DNA of 64,000 nucleotides from Epithemia pelagica (taxonomy: Eukaryota; Protista; Bacillariophyta): contig OX337230.1 in the NCBI GenBank assembly GCA_946965045.2, forward strand, positions 496,001-560,000, read 5' to 3'. A program made the position numbers and the translations under genes. Shown here one piece after another: positions 44,327 to 55,771 of this stretch. Under the pieces are notes generated by a model. The model had not been told where the DNA came from, did not search any database, and worked only from the letters and a program-made list of their open reading frames with translations. Every line of letters begins with the position of its first letter. Position 1 is the stretch's first letter.

Positions 44327-46671
44327 TTACGACGAATGCTTGGCTCGTTTGGAGGCAGCTTGCGTCTCATCCTGATTTGTTGGTTTGGATGGACGTTTCT
44401 TTCTCGGATCGAGCGGTGCTTTGTTGGTTCGCGCCTTGCGGGGATCGGATGGTGCTGCTTGTCGCATGGATGTTCGAGGATCAGCTCGTATAGATGTTCG
44501 AGGATCTGAGGGGACATGTTCCTTGTTGTGGACACTGGGATTTGTCGTCCGAGGATCTCTCATGGGTTGCGTCATTATTGTGTTCCCTCCTGATCTTGCA
44601 GATCCTTCCACATTCCATGGTTGCGTTCTTGGGGGTGGTGGAGGAGGGGGTGGGGGCGGCGGCGGCGGCGGAGGAGGAGGGACTTGCCCAACAGATGGAC
44701 GATTCCAACTTCCCTCCGGTCTTCCACCTGGTACCATATCGCTGTTGCTGCTGCCGTATATTGGGGGCGATGGCGGTGGTGGTGCTTCCATGACGGGTGG
44801 AGCCGCGGGCACAACCGTGGAACCACCAACGCCTTCCATTTTCCATTCGGCAGGTGGAGCAAAAGGCCCCATGGGATGGTTGGATACCTTGGCAACTTTG
44901 AGAACGGCATTGGTATCACGGGCATGTTGAACCAGGTCGTTCCAGTAGGGATTGACCACAATGGATTGGCATTTGGCAATGACAAACAAAAAGTGCTTGG
45001 CTCGTGTCAAGGCCACATTCATACGACGAACATCGGCCAAGAAACCAATGCCCTTGCTACTCCCCGAAGCTCGCACCGCCGAAAAAATGACAATGTTTGC
45101 CTCCTGACCTTGAAAGGCATCGACGGAATTGATTTCCACCAACTTTTCGGATTGCTCTGGACCACCCAAGGCTTCGGCAAAGAGCCGACGCAACAAGTTA
45201 CATTGCTGTGCATAGGGTGTAATGACAGCTACCTTGGATTCGGTACACAACTTGCGAGCATACTCGGAAAGCTTTTGGTACAAAAAGACGGCTAACATGG
45301 CCTCTTGTTTGTTTGACAAACTGGTTCCTCCCCGCTCTTCCATGGAATCCAAATCCAAAATCGTAAAAGGTTTGAATTGTGGCACGGCACAGTTGAGTAC
45401 CACACGAAGACGATTGCCATAATTGGGATTCTTGACATTCGGTCCATCCAACAAATTGCCTCCATAAAACAAATGACGAGGGAAATGAGAAATATCGGGA
45501 TGCATTCGATACTGCTCATTGAGCATATAGACTGGTTGCCCTGCCTCCTCCAATCGCTGAAAGAGAGATCGATCGTATTTGGAATTCCGACCCGACACAT
45601 TAAAGATAGTAGCCGGCAATTGTTGCGGATCTCCCACCAACACGGCATGTCTCGATCCCAATTGCAAGGCCGAAAGCGTGGCTGGTTCGACACTTTGGGC
45701 CGCCTCATCCACGACCACGACTTCAAACTTGTCGACAGCCTCCAGTGTCCGGCTTCCCGCCGTTCCCAAGGTGGTCATGACAATATGGACATCGTTCAAG
45801 ACATGAGATTCTAGATTCATGCGTACTTCATTGTGATTGGCGCCTTGATCCATACCACCCTTGATAATTGTGCATCGTTCCAGATGCGTCTTGATGGAAA
45901 AATAATTTTCCACCAATCGGACAAGACGGGAGACGTACGTGCGGTATTCCGGCATGGAGGTGGCCGGAAATTGCGTTTCGCCTGGTTCGGGAGGCGGTGG
46001 TACTTCGTACGTCGTGGTCTTGTCGCGATGATTGACATAGTAGACCCGGCCAACACTATTGCTGTTGGAGGAATCGGACGGTTCTTCTTCGACACGAATT
46101 TCCCAATCTCGTGACAAGGGCCAGGAACAGGCCGAGGTCATGGCATGCAACCGTTGTCGCAATTTGAACATGTCTTGACTGATGCGAGACAATTCCATAC
46201 GATAGCCGGCAATGGAGGCATCCAAACGAGCCAGGTCCAAATTTTCCCCCAGAATGGTTTCCACCTTGGTTTCCAAGGCGACGGCTCGAACGGCTGTGGA
46301 CTGACCGACACCGACCCGAATCATACTAGGATTGTACCGTTGTCCCTGCCCATCAATGAATCCATCTTGCATAATCTTGAGAATAATATTGTCGACCGCA
46401 GCATTGGAGGGCGCACACACCAATAATCGTGGTTTGGACTTGCGAGCCATTTGCAAGGCCGTTTGTTTCGCTCCTTGGGGTTGGGAGGCAATCCGTCGTA
46501 CTTCGGCATAGTACTTGTTGTACTGCCGAATATGTAAGGAATTTAACACGGCAACCAACGTTGTGGTTTCTAGTGTATAACATAGACAAACAGTGAAAAC
46601 AAGCAACAACAGAACCACAAACATATGAGTATACTCCACAATCCTTTGCTGTCAACCACATATTCCCACCC

Positions 46672-46761
<90 letters not shown>

Positions 46762-48824
46762 GTATAATACGTACTTCCCGTTCCGGGTGGTCCCTTGATG
46801 AGGGTAAAGCCCCCTTCTCCATATTCATGAGCCGATGCCGCAATGGCTTGCAACTGTGAATCATTAAACTTTTTGGAGGCATAATCCATGAATCCTTTCC
46901 CCAAGGCTTCGGTACCTCCCATTTGTTCCAACAACAATTTGGGATTCTTCTTCCTTTTGGTGTTCAGTTGGGTCTTGCCACCTGCGTCGCTGGAGTCCGT
47001 CCGTGGTTGTGGTGGTTTTTTGGTGGTGGCATCGTCCAAATGTTCGGCCAACAGGTATCGTACCAAGGGCAATTGATGAACTTGCGTCAAGGCGGTAAAT
47101 TCTCTCAAGGCCGTGACATTGCAGCCCAAAACGACCAAATACATGGCCACACCACCACTACTGCCCGTGCGGGACGACGAGGATGATGACGAGGATGTCG
47201 ACGATGGATGATGCACGGCATTGTACTGAATCCATTTCCGTCGACTGGCCTTGAGAATTAAATTGTCCCAATTGCCCTTGGTCCGCGTCACTTCGGCATG
47301 ACCAACCAAGCCCAACGTGGTCAACGAGTCTTGTGGTTTCTTGTTGTTCTTGTGGTGGTTGCCAGTCTTGTGGTGGTGGTGGTGGTGATTGGGTCGTTCC
47401 ATAAAGTCGGCCCGTTGGACCAACAAACACAAATCACCCGTCACCACGGGCGGCGTGCCACCACCACCACCACTCTTTCCATCGGGGTGGTTCCGTCCAT
47501 ACTGACTATTATTATTTGTATTGTTGTTGCCAGGAGGATTGGTATTGGGATGGACTCGCAAATGGACGGCTTCTAGTTGCGCTTCCAAATGCAAGGCATC
47601 CCACGAAGCAGTTTGTGGACCCCGTTTCTTACTAGTGGTGTGGTGGTTGCCGCCGCGAAATTCTTGTTGCATGACTTCGACTCGCACCGCAAAAGCCGTC
47701 GTTCGTCGTTGTGAATTGGATTGAGGAGCCATGACTTCTTGCAAAATTTGAGCCCGACATTCGGCCATGACCAAGGGGGCCCACAAGGCAACGTATTGTT
47801 TGGAACTAAAAAAGACATTGGGTAAGGGACGTGAGGTCGAAAGCGCCGTGGTACTAGAGTCCAACGAGGCATCTTCGTCTTCTTGCTCGTTTCGTGTGGC
47901 ATTTGGTTTGGGATGGTTGCCATGTTGCTGTTGGGACGATGGTTGTTGTTGTTGTTGTTGTTGTTGTTGCATGGTTTGGGCATAGTGCGTACAGAAATCC
48001 CATTGGCGCAATTGTTTCCAAAAATCGTCCGGTTCCAAGGTGGGAAAGGTATGGGCGGCCGCCGTTTGATTTTGTTGATTGGTCGAACTCAAATTCTGCA
48101 CCAATTGGGCCAAGGAAGAACCACTCGTACCAGTAGCAGCAGTCGTCGCCGTGTTGGTTGTATTGGTGGTTTGGGTCCTATTACTACGGACAGCCGCCTT
48201 TTTCTTGACCACGGTGGGCAAGGGCGACGAGGATGGGTAGTCCGAAGACGACGATGACGACAATGCCTCCTTGGTCAGGTCCACCACGGTTTCTTCCCTT
48301 TGCTGTTGTTTCTGTTTTTGTGCCTTGAGGACCATCAAGGCGGCGGCTTGTTGTTGTTTGTGTTTGTTTTTGCTCTTGAGCAAGGTCGGACGACGAAAGG
48401 TGGGTGCCGCTGCCGCAGCGTCTGTTGTAAAAGACGAAGAAGAAGCAGCCGTGGCAGCCGCAGCCGTCGAGGGCTTATTGGTTGCCGTTGCTGTCGCAGG
48501 GGTGGGAGGAGGCTGGACTTCGGGAGGCCGCGCTCGTTTCATTCCAAATTTCCCCAAGGCCGCCGCCGCAGCGGCAGCCGACGACGAAGAAGACGACGTG
48601 AGGGAGGGCGTTCGACTCTTGGGAGTGGTGGTGGTCGAAGAGAGTGGAGCCCGGTGCGTCGTCGTGGAAGATGGTGGAGGAGGAGGAGGAGTTCTACTGT
48701 TGTTTGTCGTCGAAGTCGAAGCCGTTGTTGTTGGTTGCAAGCGGGCCGCCAATTGACGTTGTCGTTGCAAGATTTCTCGTTCCTTGGCCGACAAGGACGA
48801 CGACGAAGGACGGCGGTGATTCAT
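44327..48824 (-). CDS. Sen1/senataxin-like SF1B (DNA2/NAM7 family) helicase with an inserted WW domain
   Basis: Intron 46570-46774 restores GPPGTGKT; motifs APSNAAVD, DEAAQ, LVGDPQQLPAT, SLFQRL, QYRMHP, VITPY.QQ, SVDAFQGQE and RMNVALTRA. Confidence 0.92.
46673..46756. repeat. (AC)~42 microsatellite in the helicase intron
   Basis: Pure dinucleotide run. Confidence 0.97.
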
Positions 48825-49635
48825 AATGGTGTGCTGGGTGATTGGGTCGCCCTTTTTGCGAATCTCGCACTGTTTTGTGGGGAAACCAAAAATCTCCTCA
48901 AGTAAAGAAAAAGAATGAACCAGAGAGACTTGGTTTCGTTAAGTTTGCGCAAGGGACCGAGAACAACACACTCTCAAAGGATAATAGAGCAATGTCGTTG
49001 TCCTCTGCTTTTGGTTTGTTGGTTTGCCCGTTTGCTGTTGCTTTTGATGTGGTCTCTCTCATCTCTCTTGCGTGTTTGCCGGTGTGTGCGTGACTGTCAT
49101 GTCACGCTCGCTCGTGCATGTCGGGGCGGGCGCAAAGCGGGTATTCACGGATCGGGGCAGGGTTTGGTCGGAAACTAAGTGCGACCAACTAGATATTGGT
49201 CGCGTGTTTATCGGACAGACCACTGACCACACATACATCATCGCTCACCTCTTCCACGTGAGAGAACATGAAGCCACGTGGTATGACGTCGGCGCATCCC
49301 GATCCACAGAACGAAACCATCACGCCGCGTTTCAACGTTGTTCGATCTTTGATTGCGTTCTTGTTGTTGTTACAAAGAGGCGGTGTGATTGATCTCTTTG
49401 GAGAGTCTCTCTGTCAAAGCGTCATCTTCTCGAACAAAGAAATAGCAGAAAAAGAGAAGAGTCGGAGGCGCGCTGTTGTGTGGGTGTCGTCTGCTTCCTC
49501 ATCTTGTTGTTGCGGAAACTGGAGCGCGCCGCGGACTCCCCAACACACAAAACGAAGTGCCACACAATCATCATGTTGAGTGTTCGAACGACAAGCCTGG
49601 TAGTGCTGCCGGACTTGTTGTTGTTGTTCCAGTGG

Positions 49636-51546
49636 ATGGTGTGGCTCACCGTTCTGCTAGCCCTCCCACAAGCAGCAGCATGGTCCTTTTCCATTCCGAG
49701 AATCCACCACCAACGCCGCTTCGTGGTAGTACCCTCGCCAGCCATGGTTCCAACAACACTGTTGCAAGCCCTTCCATCTCCAGATCAGGATGACAAAAAA
49801 GAAGACAAAGACATCAAAAAGGACACGTCGTCGTTGTCCAATCCCAAGGGTGCAGCACCACAAATCTCCTCTCTGGGATGGTTTGATGGATCTCTTGTTC
49901 CTCCTCATTTTGTCAGTGTCGTTCCAACCAACGAACAGGACAAACCAAAGGACAAGAAACCACCACCACCAAGCAGCACCAATTCCAATCCAGTGGACAC
50001 TGCCTCCAACCACAACAACAATGACAACGACTCGTTGTCGTCTTCCATCTGTACGGGCTTCCGAGAAACCTTGTATCGGTTGGCCAAGTGGAGTTTGGAA
50101 GATTACGAATGGCGTTCGGCCCTCTTCAAGTCGAATCAAGCCAATCGCATGGTGGAGCAAACTCTGGCCCGCATGCAAGGCAAGGCGCCGTCGTACGTGC
50201 GGCCCATGGATGCCACGACCGACACGATTTTTGGACAATGGGAAACCTCGGCCGTCACATGGCTCGAACAAGTCATGGACGAAGAAGGACGACGGGCCCG
50301 ACAAATTGTCGCCGCCGGGGGACAATTGATTCGACCCATTGAACTGAGCAACAGCAATACTACCACAACGAGTGGTAGCAGGGATGCGACACGCGCCGGG
50401 ACGACAAGGACCAACCCCACTCAATCCACTTCCACCACCACCACCACGCCGCCATCCTCCTCCTCCTCCTCTTTGGGACCCTTGGGTCAATTGGAACGTC
50501 GGGTGGTGGAATGGATTGGCACCATTTCGTCCTCCGAAGGCGAACGGGTACGGACCAATACCTTGCGGCCCATGGATTTGGACCAAGCCGTGCAGGGACC
50601 GCTGGGACGCTTGGAGGGGACCGTGTCCAACTTTTTGCAAGACTTGCGAGAATCCGAACTTTTACGGTTGCGGCAAAGTCAAGTTCGCGGCGGGGCCTGG
50701 GTCCGACCCATTGATGTGCCGGGACCCATGGGAGAATTGGAATTGTGGATTGGACAAGTGTTGCGGGCCGAAGAATTGCGCGCCGTCGAACAACAAGAAC
50801 AACGACAACAAGCACAAGAAAAAGACAAGACAGTCCTGACGACCGCGACGGCCGATGCCACAACCGCATCGACGGCCAAGCAATCGAACGAGTCTACGCT
50901 CTTGTTGGATCCGTTGGCGAGTCTTTCTCCTCGTCGCTTGGTGGTGTTGCGCCCCAAGGATGCGACCATTCCCGGTCCATTGGGACAAGTCGAGGCCAAG
51001 GCGTTTGAATTTTTGGATCGGCTGTCGGCCGAAGAAATGGACCGGCTCCGGAGTATTGAACAATATTTGCGCGAGTCGCGACCCATGGAACAAGACCGGC
51101 AGTCCTTTTGGGGTGCCGTCGAAGCCCTCGTCGTGGGATTGGTCCGGGCGCCCCTCCTCCTCGTCCAAGTCGTGAATCGCGTCCGCGAATTGTGGCTCGA
51201 CAGTCAAGTCCTGCCACTGCCCACGACCACAACGACACGGGACGATATCCAGGGCGAACTCCTTCTGGAGGACAATGACAACAACGAAAGTGACGTTTGG
51301 GTGGATCCCTCTGTCGCAGCAAAGGAACTACCCGAAACCAAACCAATGGATTCCTCGTTTGCCACTGGCCAACCACAATCGACACCATCCTCCTCCTCCT
51401 CTTTGACGACTAAGAACACCAACCAGGCACAGTCCAACCCGAACCGCATCTCCGACAACAACACGACGGCGAAGAATGACAAGGATGATGACGACGAGGA
51501 TGAATCGGAGGAACCGCCCGTCTTGTTTGAACCCGACTTTCAATGA
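49636..51546 (+). CDS. Probable plastid-targeted protein with five RPxD..GPLG.LE helical repeats
   Basis: Signal-like MVWLTVLLALPQAAA followed by WSF (fits the ASAFAP +1 aromatic rule); an alternative ATG at 49573. Confidence 0.7.
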   Translation: MVWLTVLLALPQAAAWSFSIPRIHHQRRFVVVPSPAMVPTTLLQALPSPDQDDKKEDKDIKKDTSSLSNPKGAAPQISSLGWFDGSLVPPHFVSVVPTNEQDKPKDKKPPPPSSTNSNPVDTASNHNNNDNDSLSSSICTGFRETLYRLAKWSLEDYEWRSALFKSNQANRMVEQTLARMQGKAPSYVRPMDATTDTIFGQWETSAVTWLEQVMDEEGRRARQIVAAGGQLIRPIELSNSNTTTTSGSRDATRAGTTRTNPTQSTSTTTTTPPSSSSSSLGPLGQLERRVVEWIGTISSSEGERVRTNTLRPMDLDQAVQGPLGRLEGTVSNFLQDLRESELLRLRQSQVRGGAWVRPIDVPGPMGELELWIGQVLRAEELRAVEQQEQRQQAQEKDKTVLTTATADATTASTAKQSNESTLLLDPLASLSPRRLVVLRPKDATIPGPLGQVEAKAFEFLDRLSAEEMDRLRSIEQYLRESRPMEQDRQSFWGAVEALVVGLVRAPLLLVQVVNRVRELWLDSQVLPLPTTTTTRDDIQGELLLEDNDNNESDVWVDPSVAAKELPETKPMDSSFATGQPQSTPSSSSSLTTKNTNQAQSNPNRISDNNTTAKNDKDDDDEDESEEPPVLFEPDFQ

Positions 51547-52317
51547 GCCATACAACCATTCGTTGTCCTAGTGCCCAATGGCACATTGTTCGGGACGGGC
51601 ACTGGACGGTATTCACAAGAGCCATGGAACCCACAATGGATTGACATGGATGCGACCAACAATCATGCCTTGTCAGTTGTGCGTCGGACGACTTGTTCAA
51701 CCATGAACTATTGGTTGCCTTGGATGGCATTTCACTGTCGTCGAATCGGAATCTAGATTGGGTTGCAAGGATGACGACTTTATACCATGTGCATAAAAAA
51801 AGGGAGAGGAGCTGTACAAGACCATGACCCAGAAAACTTTTTTGAGGATTTGAGCGCAATGGCGAACAAGCTGAGGAAATGTCTTGCTGTATACACCTAA
51901 ACTTCCAATGTCGGTTGGACGGATCATCCCCTTAGATTGCAACTGCCGTTCGGAAACCAAGATTAGCGCGATTGTGATGGAACCGCTTTTTCTTGAACAG
52001 GTCTCTTCTATGAAGAATACACTGCTTGTAGATAAATAACATAGTTTCATTTATTAATTCCGATACGACCTTCTCTATCATCTAACTAGAAATGTACGAG
52101 TGATGATCCTGCGTGTTTGGCTTTCCTTTTTGATATACAAACGTCCTTTGCCGTGCTCACACACATAGCCGCAAAACAACAGTAGCAGCTGGAAGGATGC
52201 ACCATTTGTACACATCCTGGCGATTACCCACACACACACGCAAATCATCATTGTCACAATGTCTACAGCAGAATCCCCTTTAGCCACCCCCTTTTGTCCT
52301 ATTGTGGTTTGTGGGTT

Positions 52318-54954
52318 TTAGGTACGCATTTGATAGACATCGTAGTCCTCGCCCGGCAGTTCAAAGGTATCCGTAGTGGGAGCTTCGACCAAACTCGACG
52401 AATTGGCTTCCAAATCCAAATGTTCACTGTACGCCGGCAAGACGGAATGGTGGTGCGGAGGCAGTTCACCGACACTGCCCACTCCCACACTGCGAGACGA
52501 TTCTTCCACCATGGGTTCCAATCGTGTATAGCTTCGGGATGTCCCATCGGGAGGTGCCGCTGCCGGTGCGCCAAATTGGGGCTCATCCAAAATCACCACG
52601 TTCTCAAAGCCTTGCGATTCCGCAGGATGATGATGATGATCATCATTTTCGTGTTCGTGTTGGTCTTGCGATCCTTCTTCGGCCACACTGGGAAGAGAGG
52701 TGGAATTGCCATCGGAACTGGCTTTGGAGGAGGCACCTCGGTTCTTGGATTTCACATTAATCACCATAAAGGGCAAGTCTCCCTTTTGTTCCCGTTGCAC
52801 CACTGGGGGAGGTTCCACGTAGCTTGAAGAAGAGGACGATGGTGACGATTGCGCATAAAGATCATCATCATCTTCTTCTTCTGGCATGGACTGCACTGGT
52901 TCTGGTTGTTGATCTTGTGGGAAATGCTGTTGCATGAGGGAACTGTTATTGGAGGAACTGCTCTTGGACATGGAATGACCTTCTTCGGGAACATCTTCCA
53001 AGGGAGGCTGGTGGCGATAATGTGCATGAGAGGTGGACAGCAGAAAACTTCCGCGAATGCGAACATTATTAGTACTGTTAGAGGGAACTGCGGCCACCAT
53101 TTCTTCTTGTGGTTTCACCTCCAATACCGCTTCCACTTGTTCTTCCTCGACGGCTTCATCTCCATACTCATCCTCATACTCATCATGTGCTGGTTCTTCG
53201 GGAATGCTTCTTCTCGATGCGGGGGAGGATGACAAGGACGACGATGGAGATTGACCAGACGACGAGGACGACGACGACTTGTGCGATCGAGGTGGTGAGG
53301 AGGAGGAGGTCCACGCCGCCGCCGCAGCCGCCTGTTGGTGGGGTCGAAAACTATTTTCAAAGACATAATCCGCGTCTTCTTGAACAACGGCCGACGAGGA
53401 ATCGGTACGCGACACTCCACGACTACTATTGGATCCAAAGAGTCGTCGAACATCCATGGCACCCAGGACATGAGTCCGTGGTTGTTCGGCTTGTTGTTGT
53501 TGTTGCGCATAATAGGGACTGTTGGAGTTGCTCTGACTGTGCGAATCATCGGTGCGGGTCGTGTCGACATCTTGATCCATCAGTATCATGTCACGATGCG
53601 CCGGATGATCCTCTTCCAGAAACGAGTACTCATCCGGATCGTCGTGTCGGTCGCCTCCTCCTCCATCCACAAAATAGGGTCGACCACTCGATCGCGCTTG
53701 TTCTCGGGGCAGGGGTGCTTGGAGCTGCTGTTGGGATGCATATGCTTGTTGTTGTTGAAAGTAGAGGCGATCATCGTCGACCCGCGAGGCTGGAATGGCG
53801 GAGGACATGATTTCATTCCACGTGGTGGGCATGTCTTGATCGGCCCCATAAAAGCCAAAGTTGCGGGAGGTGACACCGTCCCCACCACCACCCATTTTAC
53901 GACTGCTGTAATAATAATTGTTGGAAAAGTAATGATGGGATCCCAACAAGGTTTGATAATGACGACGATCGTTGTGGGCGGCATTCCAGGCCGAAGAAGA
54001 GGAGGAGGACGAGGGTGTATTTTCGTAGGCTTCCAAGGTCAAAAAGGCCAATCGATATTCTCGTTGCATCCGTTCCAAGGCTTCGACAGACATTCCGGGT
54101 CGAATAATGGTCATTTGCCGTTGACTCAATGTCAGGAGCAATTGACAGACATAAAAGTGGGCCACAAAGGTATGAAAGAGAATGGGAAGGAACATGTATC
54201 GCCAAAAGTTGCCCCATCGAGTATCGTCGCGAAAGGTAATGTAGTCTCCCGCCTCGTCATTATTTTCCATGCTAAAAATGAGAATAAAGTAGTAGCCCGC
54301 ACAACCGCCCGTGAGTGCCGCCTTGACGAGAAACATTTGGACCGTGGAAATCCAAAAGAGACTTCGTTGAATCTTGGGATTCAATACCTTGAGTCGGAAA
54401 CAAAAGAGGGAAATGTAGGAGAGTTGATTGGTGGTGGCAAAGAATGCGACAAACAAGGCCAGACGGAGATAGAGAATGGATTGATCTTCCATGATATAGG
54501 CCACCACGAGTAATTGGAGAAAGACAAAGGTGAGGCCATGATGGACGAGCAGCGGCCAACCAATGCGTTCGCGATAGACCACTTCCCACACATAGAGAAT
54601 ACAACACAACTGGATCGAAAAGGTACTCCATTGAATATCCGTCTCGGAAATGTTGCTGTCGCCATTGTTACTGTCAATCATGGCAGCCTTGCTGTAATTC
54701 TGAAACAAAATGTGCCATCCACCGTACACTTGAAAGATCAAGGCGGTCGTGGTGCCCAGGGTAAAGACCATGTACGTCAAGACATTGCGTTTGCGTCGTT
54801 CCCACAAATCCAAAAACTTGTTTCGTGTAAATTTGGGAAGGATGCATCCACGAAGAATGCCAATGCGGAACAAACCAACCACAATCCAGAGCAACAAAAA
54901 GAACAAAATGGTCCACCAGGATGTGTAGTCGGCCGGATCAAACGACGAGGTCAT
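52318..54954 (-). CDS. Multi-pass membrane protein (TLC-domain-like) with a long disordered C-terminus
   Basis: About 6-7 hydrophobic segments in the first ~290 aa; YVWEVVYR..LLVHHGLT motif. Confidence 0.7.
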   Translation of the reverse strand: MTSSFDPADYTSWWTILFFLLLWIVVGLFRIGILRGCILPKFTRNKFLDLWERRKRNVLTYMVFTLGTTTALIFQVYGGWHILFQNYSKAAMIDSNNGDSNISETDIQWSTFSIQLCCILYVWEVVYRERIGWPLLVHHGLTFVFLQLLVVAYIMEDQSILYLRLALFVAFFATTNQLSYISLFCFRLKVLNPKIQRSLFWISTVQMFLVKAALTGGCAGYYFILIFSMENNDEAGDYITFRDDTRWGNFWRYMFLPILFHTFVAHFYVCQLLLTLSQRQMTIIRPGMSVEALERMQREYRLAFLTLEAYENTPSSSSSSSAWNAAHNDRRHYQTLLGSHHYFSNNYYYSSRKMGGGGDGVTSRNFGFYGADQDMPTTWNEIMSSAIPASRVDDDRLYFQQQQAYASQQQLQAPLPREQARSSGRPYFVDGGGGDRHDDPDEYSFLEEDHPAHRDMILMDQDVDTTRTDDSHSQSNSNSPYYAQQQQQAEQPRTHVLGAMDVRRLFGSNSSRGVSRTDSSSAVVQEDADYVFENSFRPHQQAAAAAAWTSSSSPPRSHKSSSSSSSGQSPSSSLSSSPASRRSIPEEPAHDEYEDEYGDEAVEEEQVEAVLEVKPQEEMVAAVPSNSTNNVRIRGSFLLSTSHAHYRHQPPLEDVPEEGHSMSKSSSSNNSSLMQQHFPQDQQPEPVQSMPEEEDDDDLYAQSSPSSSSSSYVEPPPVVQREQKGDLPFMVINVKSKNRGASSKASSDGNSTSLPSVAEEGSQDQHEHENDDHHHHPAESQGFENVVILDEPQFGAPAAAPPDGTSRSYTRLEPMVEESSRSVGVGSVGELPPHHHSVLPAYSEHLDLEANSSSLVEAPTTDTFELPGEDYDVYQMRT

Positions 54955-55771
54955 GGTTCCAACAAAGAACTTGTACAGACACACACAAGTCAAACAGAGG
55001 TAGAGAGTAACTGAGTAGCGTTCCAAGGTCGTGATGCCCTGGCGGATGATTCTTGTCGTTCAATCGATTCTTGCGCAAGAGGGTGGACAGTGTTCTTCTT
55101 TGGATCCGCTGCACCAAGATGGTAAAAAATGCAACAGTTGTACACACAAAACGGTCGTTGAGCAGAACGAAAAAACGTGCTGATATCACGTAGTATTAGC
55201 CAGCAGTCGACATCCATCCATGCCAAACGAATCCAACTGCCGGATCATGCCAGTTGTCACTCTCCACCTGTTGTGTATATAGTGGTTGTTGTTGTTGTAT
55301 GTGGTGTGACCTGGGGGGGGCAGTTGAGTCGATCCACGGAACGTATTGCTAGGATAGATCAGGTGCTCCAACAGCTCCCTGGCTTCTGTTGAACGTTCTG
55401 CTATAGGTATGGCGGCATCCGTTCAACGTTCGCTACAATTCTTACAAGACGGAGCACCTGTGTGTGTAGGTTGCCAACTGGTGTAGGGGAAAGCGGAGAC
55501 TGCTCTCTCTCGAAAGGTCTGTCCACAATGAATGGCGTTCGTCCATAGCATGAAAAGAAGCGATACATGGTCCAACAGAGATTGATCGACAACGAGAGCG
55601 GCAAGTGTCCATCATGGTGCCAAAAGGAGATGGAGATGGACCATGCAGGCGCGCAAGGATCCGTTGAGATCATGACTAAACCGCGACTCTAAAGCTCCTA
55701 AAACTATTCGGTCGCGGATTCAAAGCCACCGACGATCACCATTCATTTTCTTCACAAGTCGTCTCTCCACC

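Noticed and set aside
46570-46882. Poly-(CV) peptide ORFs
   Set aside because: Translation of the intronic (AC)n microsatellite.
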